From assembly GCA_964450765.1 (NCBI GenBank), contig CAYVDU010000001.1, positions 1 to 44,350 of the forward strand: 44,350 nucleotides of DNA, read 5' to 3'. Source of the stretch: an uncultured bacterium (GTDB lineage Bacteria; Chlamydiota; Chlamydiia; Chlamydiales; SM23-39). A program made the position numbers and the translations under genes. This document shows, piece after piece, positions 36,589 to 44,350 of the stretch (positions are counted from its first letter, which is position 1; every line of letters starts with the position of its first letter). The notes under the pieces were generated by a model, which made no database searches, was not told the origin of the DNA, and was given only the letters and a program-made list of their open reading frames with translations.

Positions 36589-37015
36589 ACAGGAGCTTGC
36601 GGTGATCCGGAGCCATCCCTGGGAAAACTTCATGATATATAGTAAAATGTATGTGATCACTTCCTAGAGATCAATCCCCTCAAAAGGGGGGGGCATCATC
36701 CCTCTTTAAAAATTTATAATACATTGAAATTAAATAATACTTAATCTACGTATTATTTTTAAATAGGGACCTTGTAATGATTAGTTTCTGATTATGTTAA
36801 GTATAATTATATAGTATATTGTGCCTAATATTAAGTTCTCATTTTATCATAATCTCATTTAAGTTGGAGTTCAGAGGTGGAGGATAGTAGGACCTTTGAT
36901 TTTTTGATAGAAACATTCAGGAAACTGACAGCTTTTTATGTAGAGAGCCTCAGTAATAACACTTGTCTTTGGGTTAGCCCCCTATGAAGTGTCTCAGTAA
37001 TGGTTTTACAGTCCA

Positions 37016-37082
37016 TTCATCCTGAGCGTGTCGAACCAAGAACGGATTAATATCGTTCATACCTCGACACGCTCAGGATGAA
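37016..37082. repeat. Perfect 19-bp inverted repeat with a 29-nt spacer (REP/MITE-like palindromic element)
   Basis: ttcatcctgagcgtgtcga (37016..37034) against tcgacacgctcaggatgaa (37064..37082). There is an inner 5-bp stem gaacg/cgttc (37040..37044 / 37054..37058) and outer gtgtctc/gagacac (36989..36995 / 37106..37112). Confidence 0.9.
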
Positions 37083-37206
37083 CGGGGTATGTTAAAGAAG
37101 TATTGGAGACACGACACTAACTATGGTGGGGGGCGAAAGGATTGGGATTGTTTTGAAGTCAGCAGTATAAGTAGAAAAACCTACGGATAAGTAACATTAT
37201 ATATAC

Positions 37207-39492
37207 TCATAGTCCCTGAAGTGTTTTTTCCGCTTCATCCGAGCCCGGGAATATCTTGCTTAACCTTAATGACTCAGCGAGTTCTCTTTTGGCATCCTCT
37301 TTCTGTCCGTTTTTATAATATGCCATGCCGAGGTGGTATCGAACGACGGGGTTCTGAGAAAGCTTGGCGGCGCTCTCTTCCAAAAGGGAGATCGCTTTCA
37401 GATAAACATTCTTCTTATAGTAGATCCAGCCGAGCGTATCCGAAATTCCCGGATCATCGGGATGTTTTTCCTTCGCCATCTGCGCCAGGTCTAACGCACG
37501 GTCGATATTTCCGCCATGTTCAGCATAAAGCCATGCCAGGTTATTTGCCGCAGGGGTAAATGTTGAGTCTATTTCAAGTGCCTTTTCATATTCCTTTTGC
37601 GCTTCATCATGTTTCTGTTGCCCGTCGTAAATCACCCCCCGTAACATATGAATTTGGGGCGCATTTGGTTTGACTTTCAGGGCTTCATCCAGTCGATGTA
37701 AGGCCTGATCGAATTTTTTCTCATGGGCATATAGATTTCCAAGATCGATATATGAAACCAGGTCATTCGGATTCACTTCGATTCCTTTTTGAAGGGCCTC
37801 TTCGGCTTTCTTGAGGTCCCTTTTCGTAATATAGAGTTTGGCCAAAAGAGAATACAAAGCCGAATTTTGAGGCGATACTTCTATCTGCGTGATCACCCGT
37901 TTGAGTGCCTTCTCAAGGTCTTTTTTGGAGAGGTCGATTGAGACGATTCGTGCCAATGCCTCAACATGATTGGGATAAAGAGAGAGCGCTTTTTCAAAGA
38001 GGGGAACCGCCTCCTGTTCCTTTTTCTGGCTGTATCGAATCAGGCCCAATTTGTAGTAACCGATCGGGTTATCCGGAGCCGACTTCATGACCTGTTGATA
38101 AACCGCCTCCGCCTTTTTAATCTCCCCTTTCAAGAATGACGCGTCTCCCAAAATCACCTGCGCCGTCAGATTCCCCGGGTCCAATGCGGTCACCCGTTCC
38201 GCTTCAGAAGCGGCAAGGTCAAATGAACGCGACTGGAGATAAATGTCGGCCAGAACAAGCCGGGCCCGGAAGTCATTCGGATTCTGCTTGACCGCCTCTA
38301 AAAACGCCCCCTTCGCTTGTTGAGGATGATGATCGGCGAGCAAGGCAAGCCCAAGGTAATATTGCCCTGAAAAGAGGGACGGTTCGGACTGGATCGCCTT
38401 CCGCAGAAATGTGACCGCTTCGCCGCTCTTGTTCTCGGTAAGGAGGAACCGTCCTTTTAGCAAAAGTCCCTCCGGGTTTCCCTCGTTTTTGCCAAGGATT
38501 TCTTCAATCATCCCCTTCGCTTCTTCTTTCTTTCCCTGACTCAGGTAGAAATCCGCCAGCTTTTTCCAGACAAAAATCGATTCCGGCTTTGCCTCTTTTG
38601 CTTGTCGATAACTCTTTTCCGCTTCTTCCATTTTTCGAAGGCCGGCATAAAAATCGCCGAGTGTGATCAACGGCTCAGGGTCTTTCGGGTCGAGACGGGT
38701 CGCTTCGATCAACCGCATCTCCGCTTCTGCGGTCCGTTTTTCAATGATGTAAAAATTCGCCAATCCGAAATAGAGAAATTTGTTCTTGGGCGCGATCGAG
38801 AGCCCTTTTTGGTAGTAAGATTCCGCTTCTTTCGGTTGACGGGTATAATGATAAAACCGAGCCAGATGGATGTGACTTTCGACCGATTGCGGATCGATGG
38901 CGAGGGCCTTTTGAAGGAGGGCCTCTGCGGCAGCGGGATCCTTCTTCATTAGGGAGAGGCCGGCGAATTCGTAATAGGTCGGCAGACGCTTCGGGTCAAG
39001 GTCGAGCATCTCTTGATAAATCTTTCCAGCCTCATCGAGACGGCCTTCCCGCTGGTCGATTCGTGCCTTGATGGAGAGCGCACCCAGGTTATCCGGTGCT
39101 TTTTCCAACACCCGGTCGGCTTTTTCCCATGCACTCTTGAGGTCGTTGGCCGATAAGTAAAGCATGGCAAGGTCGACTTGGGCATCAATCAGTTCGGGTC
39201 TTTGCTCCGTCACCTCGCTCAAGAGTTTAAACCCGTTCCGAAGATTCGCCGTACCCCCGAGTTTTAGATAGATCCGTCCAAGTTGGTATTTTGCATCGGA
39301 ATGATTCGGGTCGGCCTGCAAGACGTTTTTAAACTCGATCATTGCCTCTGGATATTTCATTTGAGAAACATATTCCATCCCCCTCCGAAAATGCTTCTCT
39401 TTCTTGGCCTCGGTCGAAGTGCAAGAGGATAACGCTGCAAGAAAGAACAGGGAGAAGACCACCAAGAGGATTGTTTTTAACTTCATGTTCAC
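37207..39492 (-). CDS. prsT: PEP-CTERM-system TPR-repeat lipoprotein
   Basis: 761 aa. Lipoprotein signal MNMKLKTILLVVFSLFFLAALSSC (lipobox LSSC), followed by TPR repeats throughout (many A..Y..AL..DP motifs). It sits at the head of an exosortase locus. Confidence 0.8.
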   Translation of the reverse strand: MNMKLKTILLVVFSLFFLAALSSCTSTEAKKEKHFRRGMEYVSQMKYPEAMIEFKNVLQADPNHSDAKYQLGRIYLKLGGTANLRNGFKLLSEVTEQRPELIDAQVDLAMLYLSANDLKSAWEKADRVLEKAPDNLGALSIKARIDQREGRLDEAGKIYQEMLDLDPKRLPTYYEFAGLSLMKKDPAAAEALLQKALAIDPQSVESHIHLARFYHYTRQPKEAESYYQKGLSIAPKNKFLYFGLANFYIIEKRTAEAEMRLIEATRLDPKDPEPLITLGDFYAGLRKMEEAEKSYRQAKEAKPESIFVWKKLADFYLSQGKKEEAKGMIEEILGKNEGNPEGLLLKGRFLLTENKSGEAVTFLRKAIQSEPSLFSGQYYLGLALLADHHPQQAKGAFLEAVKQNPNDFRARLVLADIYLQSRSFDLAASEAERVTALDPGNLTAQVILGDASFLKGEIKKAEAVYQQVMKSAPDNPIGYYKLGLIRYSQKKEQEAVPLFEKALSLYPNHVEALARIVSIDLSKKDLEKALKRVITQIEVSPQNSALYSLLAKLYITKRDLKKAEEALQKGIEVNPNDLVSYIDLGNLYAHEKKFDQALHRLDEALKVKPNAPQIHMLRGVIYDGQQKHDEAQKEYEKALEIDSTFTPAANNLAWLYAEHGGNIDRALDLAQMAKEKHPDDPGISDTLGWIYYKKNVYLKAISLLEESAAKLSQNPVVRYHLGMAYYKNGQKEDAKRELAESLRLSKIFPGSDEAEKTLQGL

Positions 39493-39599
39493 AGGAAAAC
39501 CTCAAAAAGATCAGGCAGTTCGTATCAAATTCAAGGTATCCCAGAAAAGTCCAGTTGTCAAATGACGGAGCCCCTTCGATCCCAAGCTAGAAAATCCCC

Positions 39600-39629
39600 T
39601 TGACCGAGGCCGAGGCAAATCGCTATTCT
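39600..39629 (+). promoter_or_regulatory. Candidate sigma70-type promoter for the VOC/DUF485/actP operon (TTGACC-N18-TATTCT)
   Basis: TTGACC at 39600..39605 and TATTCT at 39624..39629. GAGAGGGG RBS precedes the ATG at 39649. Pattern match only. Confidence 0.3.
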
Positions 39630-39648
39630 CTTTGCGAAGAGAGGGGTT

Positions 39649-40092
39649 ATGCCATCGGTCATCTTTCATCTTGCCTTTCCCATCCACCATTTGGAAGAAA
39701 CAAAGCGGTTTTATGTCGATGGGCTGGGGTGTACCTTGGGGCGGGTTTCTGACAAGGCAATCACATTGGAATTGGGAGGACATCAGCTCGTGGGACATCT
39801 CTCCCCGCCGGTTGAACCGCAGAAGGGGATCTACCCGCGTCATTTTGGCCTGATCTTCGGATCCGAACAGGATTGGCAAGCCTTGGTCGATCAGGCCCGC
39901 AAAAAAGGGCTCCCTTTCTACCAGGCACCGCGACGCCGGTTCGAGGGAACCCGTCTCGAACATGCCACCGTCTTCTTGGAAGATCCGTCGCATCACCTTC
40001 TGGAATTCAAATGGTATAAGTATCCGTCGGCCATTTTCGGGGAGCACGAGATGAAGGAAGTGGGTGACACGTCTGATGAGGCGCAAGACTAA
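39649..40092 (+). CDS. VOC-family (glyoxalase/bleomycin-resistance/extradiol-dioxygenase fold) protein
   Basis: 147 aa. N-terminus FHLAFPIHHLEETKRFYVDGLGCTLG and HFGLIF... are typical of VOC-fold proteins. Confidence 0.65.
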   Translation: MPSVIFHLAFPIHHLEETKRFYVDGLGCTLGRVSDKAITLELGGHQLVGHLSPPVEPQKGIYPRHFGLIFGSEQDWQALVDQARKKGLPFYQAPRRRFEGTRLEHATVFLEDPSHHLLEFKWYKYPSAIFGEHEMKEVGDTSDEAQD

Positions 40093-40102
40093 GGAAAAAC
40101 CG

Positions 40103-40537
40103 ATGGGGAAGAAGAAACGGCTCACCCCAACTGATCCAACCCCGGAGGTTGGCGCGGCCACCGATATCGCCCCGGTCGGGAGGGGCAAAACAAAACCGCC
40201 GCACGAGCGGACCGCCGACGAAGATCTCGATGTCGTCGATTGGGAGAGGGTGGCGGCGATGGCGGAGTTCAAGGCGCTGCTCGCCGCAAAGCGGCGGTTT
40301 ATCCTCCCGGCCACGATCTTCTTCGTCGTCTACTACTTCGCCCTCCCGGTTTTGGTCGGCTACGCGCCGGAGTTCATGAAGACCAAAGTCATCGGCTCGG
40401 TGAACCTCGCCTACCTCTTCGCCCTCTCTCAGTTCTTCATGGCCTGGATCGTTGCAGCCCTTTACATGCGGGCGGCGGGACGGTTCGATGGGATGATCGA
40501 GACCCTCTTGACCATCCTGAAAAAACGGCGGAGATAG
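40103..40537 (+). CDS. DUF485 (YjcH-like) inner-membrane protein
   Basis: F.AL...KRRFILPATIFFVVYYFALPVLVGYAPEFM...NLAYLFALSQFFMAWIVAALYMRAA, lying immediately upstream of actP as in other bacteria. I prefer the ATG at 40103 (AAGGA upstream); the track's GTG at 40064 overlaps the VOC gene. Confidence 0.75.
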   Translation: MGKKKRLTPTDPTPEVGAATDIAPVGRGKTKPPHERTADEDLDVVDWERVAAMAEFKALLAAKRRFILPATIFFVVYYFALPVLVGYAPEFMKTKVIGSVNLAYLFALSQFFMAWIVAALYMRAAGRFDGMIETLLTILKKRRR

Positions 40538-40541
40538 AGCG

Positions 40542-42104
<1,563 letters not shown>

Positions 42105-42105
42105 G

Positions 42106-42321
42106 ATGAGACTCGATCCGGGGCAGATCGAAGTCATGGATGATACGATGGTAGAGGTTCTCCGTCAAAAGGAGCCGTGGGAACGGATCGCAATTGGGTT
42201 TAGTCTATGGGAGAGCGCGTGGAATAGGCTTGTCTCACTTTTGACTGGACTCCATCCGGAGTGGAGTGAGGATCAGGTTCGGCGGGAGGTCGTAAAAAGG
42301 ATGTCGCATGGGACCGTATGA
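42106..42321 (+). CDS. Small hypothetical protein (possible partner of the downstream nucleotidyltransferase-fold remnant)
   Basis: 71 aa. The ATG is 1 nt after the actP stop (TGAgATG). The ending ...EDQVRREVVKRMSHGTV resembles small proteins I recall upstream of nucleotidyltransferase-fold genes; this is from memory and unverified. Confidence 0.35.
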   Translation: MRLDPGQIEVMDDTMVEVLRQKEPWERIAIGFSLWESAWNRLVSLLTGLHPEWSEDQVRREVVKRMSHGTV

Positions 42322-42484
42322 TCTTCTTCACGCTGTGGTGGAAGTTTTGGAACGGATGCAGATTCCCTATCTTGTTACCGGCTCTGTTGCTTCAATGGCC
42401 TATGGCGAGCCGCGCTTGACCAATGATATCGATATTGTGGGTGGAAGTTACGGAGATTTGGGAGGCTGTTCTTCGGCGGCTTAA
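42308..42484 (+). pseudogene. Truncated nucleotidyltransferase-fold gene (N-terminal ~45 aa only)
   Basis: A 58-aa ORF below the track cutoff: MGPYDLLHAVVEVLERMQIPYLVTGSVASMAYGEPRLTNDIDIV then an unrelated tail and stop. The G[ST]-x..-DIDI motif is the start of a minimal nucleotidyltransferase domain. It overlaps the preceding ORF by 14 nt. Confidence 0.4.
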
Positions 42485-42558
42485 AGCGTGAATCGACTCA
42501 AATCCCCTGAGCGGAGAGATTGGTGCGGAAAAGGCGGAAAAATCGAAAGAAGGTTTGG

Positions 42559-43116
42559 ATGAGGTTTCTTTCTGTACAATCAGCCTTCCGTCTCGGTGGG
42601 GCGCTGTTCCTCTTGCTTTTAATCGGCCGTGTCGGTACCCTGCTTGCGTGTGATGCGCCGGCTGTTTCTATCAGCCAAACCAAAGAAGAGGTGAAGGCGA
42701 AATGCGGGGCGCCGATCTGGGTCGAGAAACGAAAGGGGGATCTGGCGGCGGAAAAGCATCCCCTTGAAAAGCACCGCTCTTCCCGGAGCGTCGAGGAGTG
42801 GTATTACAATTTGGGGCCGCAACAGTTTATTCGAATCCTTCAATTTAAGAATGGAAGATTGGCCGCGATCGAGACCGGAGGATATGGCTGGACAGCCGAC
42901 TCCTCCTCCGACTTCGGATGCGAGCGGGCGGTTCTCCCCAGCGGGGCCCCGAAGGTGGAGGTGAGGGTCCGGTGTGGGAAGCCGACTTCCATACAAAAAA
43001 AGAAGGGGCGGTACGAAACGTGGTTCTACGATCTGGGTCCCAGCCGGTTTGTGCGGATGTATGAATTCCAGAACGGTCGGCTTGCCAACATCAAAACAGG
43101 AGAATATGGTCGTTAA
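42559..43116 (+). CDS. Secreted/lipoprotein with two tandem DUF2845-like repeats
   Basis: Signal MRFLSVQSAFRLGGALFLLLLIGRVGTLLAC. Repeat 1 is CGAP..VEKRKG...EEWYYNLGPQQFIRILQFKNGRLAAIETGGYG. Repeat 2 is CGKPTSIQKKKGRYETWFYDLGPSRFVRMYEFQNGRLANIKTGEYG. The track start at 42520 is a TTG. Confidence 0.45.
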   Translation: MRFLSVQSAFRLGGALFLLLLIGRVGTLLACDAPAVSISQTKEEVKAKCGAPIWVEKRKGDLAAEKHPLEKHRSSRSVEEWYYNLGPQQFIRILQFKNGRLAAIETGGYGWTADSSSDFGCERAVLPSGAPKVEVRVRCGKPTSIQKKKGRYETWFYDLGPSRFVRMYEFQNGRLANIKTGEYGR

Positions 43117-43191
43117 CCATTCATGGACCAATCGGACTGAACAAAGAAATACCAGAGAGCTTATTCATTTTCAAAAATAAGATAGAAAGGA

Positions 43192-44350
43192 ATGCCATTG
43201 GCCACCTATCAGTATATCTACACCATGCACAAAGTGACGAAGATTGTTCCGCCGAAGCGGAAGATCCTGGAAGATATCTCGCTGTCGTTTTATCTCGGAG
43301 CGAAGATCGGGGTGTTGGGACTCAACGGCTCCGGAAAATCGAGTCTGCTGAAGATCATGGCGGGGGTCGACCCCGACTTTTTGGGGGAGGCGAAGCCGGC
43401 GAAGGGGGTGAAGATCGGATTTCTTCCGCAGGAGCCGAAGCTCGATATGACCAAAAACGTTCGCGGCAACGTGGAAGAGGGGGTCGCCGAAACGAAGGCG
43501 TTGCTCGATGAATTCAATGCGGTCAGCGCAAAGTTTGCCGAGCCGATGTCGGACGACGCGATGACGGCGCTGATCGAAAAACAAGGAAAGCTTCAAGAGC
43601 GGATCGACGCCGTCAACGCCTGGGAGCTCGATCGACAACTGGAGGTCGCCGCCGACGCCCTGCGGCTTCCGCCGTGGGAGGCCGATGTCACCAAGCTCTC
43701 CGGCGGGGAGAAGCGGCGGGTGGCCCTTTGCCGTCTCCTGTTGTCCGCGCCCGACATGCTCCTTCTCGATGAGCCGACGAACCATCTCGATGCCGAATCG
43801 GTCGCTTGGCTGGAGCGGTTCCTCAAGGAGTTTCCGGGGACGGTGGTGGCGGTGACGCACGATCGGTATTTCCTCGATAACGCCGCCGGATGGATCCTGG
43901 AGCTCGACCGGGGCCGTGGCATTCCCTGGGAAGGGAATTACTCCTCCTGGCTCGATCAGAAATCGCAGCGGCTGGCGATCGAGGAGAAACAAGAGACTGC
44001 CCGGCAGCGGGCGCTCAAACATGAGTTGGAGTGGGTTCGGACCGCGCCAAAGGGGCGTCACGCCAAGAGCAAGGCGCGCCTGAGTGCGTATGAGGAGCTG
44101 GCGTCGATCGAGACGCAGGCCCGGAACGAGACGAAAGACATCGTCATCCCGCCCGGACCGCGTTTGGGGGATCTGGTTGTCGAAGCGATCGATCTAAAGA
44201 AGAGCTTTGGTGATCGCCTTTTGATCGACGGTTTGAGCTTCAGTCTCCCGCGGGGTGGAATTGTTGGGATCATTGGGCCGAACGGCGCCGGAAAGACGAC
44301 CCTCTTCAACATGATTGCCGGGTTGGACAAACCGGACAGCGGCACCCTTC
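43192..44350 (+). CDS. ettA: ABC-F translational throttle ATPase EttA (3'-partial, runs off the window)
   Basis: Not in the ORF track because there is no stop before the window end. The translation [51 protein letters not shown]...[41 protein letters not shown]...[30 protein letters not shown]...[11 protein letters not shown] is near-collinear with my memory of E. coli EttA. Confidence 0.92.
   Translation, partial: MPLATYQYIYTMHKVTKIVPPKRKILEDISLSFYLGAKIGVLGLNGSGKSSLLKIMAGVDPDFLGEAKPAKGVKIGFLPQEPKLDMTKNVRGNVEEGVAETKALLDEFNAVSAKFAEPMSDDAMTALIEKQGKLQERIDAVNAWELDRQLEVAADALRLPPWEADVTKLSGGEKRRVALCRLLLSAPDMLLLDEPTNHLDAESVAWLERFLKEFPGTVVAVTHDRYFLDNAAGWILELDRGRGIPWEGNYSSWLDQKSQRLAIEEKQETARQRALKHELEWVRTAPKGRHAKSKARLSAYEELASIETQARNETKDIVIPPGPRLGDLVVEAIDLKKSFGDRLLIDGLSFSLPRGGIVGIIGPNGAGKTTLFNMIAGLDKPDSGTL

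Noticed and set aside
36594-36610. Possible sigma54 promoter (GG-N10-GC spacing; minus strand cGGatcaccgcaaGCt) upstream of the EPS operon. This would be attractive because PEP-CTERM loci are linked to PrsR-type sigma54 activators.
   Set aside because: Only the GG and GC dinucleotides and one other base match TGGCAC-N5-TTGCW. A GGCAC at 36821..36825 (minus strand) and a TGGCAC at 1518..1523 (minus strand) also lack a proper -12 element.
36732-36760. An AT-only 9-bp inverted repeat followed by a T-run, resembling a plus-strand intrinsic terminator.
   Set aside because: The stem is entirely A/T and therefore very weak, and no plus-strand gene ends nearby. It is treated as part of the AT-rich island rather than as a terminator.
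43171-44345. Minus-strand ORFs of 296 aa and 95 aa (43171..44061, 44058..44345), plus smaller ones, listed in the track.
   Set aside because: They are antisense to an unmistakable EttA reading frame on the plus strand, which is absent from the track only because it has no stop in the window. Their Arg/Pro/Gly-rich low-complexity composition is typical of antisense frames in GC-rich genes.

Overview
This 44.35-kb window is from a moderately GC-rich, probably diderm bacterium whose taxon I cannot determine from sequence alone. All family calls come from reading motifs in the supplied translations; no alignments or searches were run.

About 37.7 kb (1817..39492) is one co-directional minus-strand array of about 30 exopolysaccharide genes. 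Many are coupled by 1-4 nt start/stop overlaps.

The right-hand part (22039..39492, hand-counted about 48-52% GC) is an exosortase/PEP-CTERM-type core. It encodes:
- a PrsT-like TPR lipoprotein, a Wzz-like chain-length determinant and a BY-kinase with a YYEYGY tail
- an EpsB-like priming sugar transferase and a locus-type polysaccharide deacetylase
- an AsnB-like amidotransferase, an ACP, an AMP-forming ligase and a NadE-like PP-loop enzyme
- a fused exosortase-EpsI protein, two FemAB/CelD-like acyltransferases and a DegT aminotransferase

The left-hand part (1817..22032, roughly 35-43% GC) is a variable glycan-decoration module. It encodes:
- a CapK-like ligase, a CapA-like protein and WecB
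- three GT4 and two GT2 glycosyltransferases, a Wzx flippase and a Wzy/O-antigen-ligase-like protein
- a GtrB-like / flippase-like / GT-C trio
- an LbH acetyltransferase, two more NodB deacetylases and a tandem pair of SGNH-like paralogs

This module is bounded by a frameshifted IS21 istA remnant (1..1415) and interrupted by GC-richer scars, including an IS5-like transposase remnant.

Right of the cluster, on the plus strand at about 55-58% GC, lie a VOC-family gene, DUF485-actP, a small ORF plus a truncated nucleotidyltransferase remnant, a duplicated DUF2845-like lipoprotein, and a 3'-truncated ettA missing from the supplied ORF track.

The most interesting signals are:
- a G10 homopolymer inside the exosortase reading frame
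- a 694-bp gap with a core of about 22% GC where an OPX/Wza export gene would be expected, carrying a perfect 19-bp palindromic element
- a non-canonical NadE-like/ligase/ACP/AsnB-like module next to the exosortase
- a Gtr/Arn-like periplasmic glycosylation trio

I recognised no rRNA, tRNA or CRISPR array, and no PEP-CTERM substrate gene.
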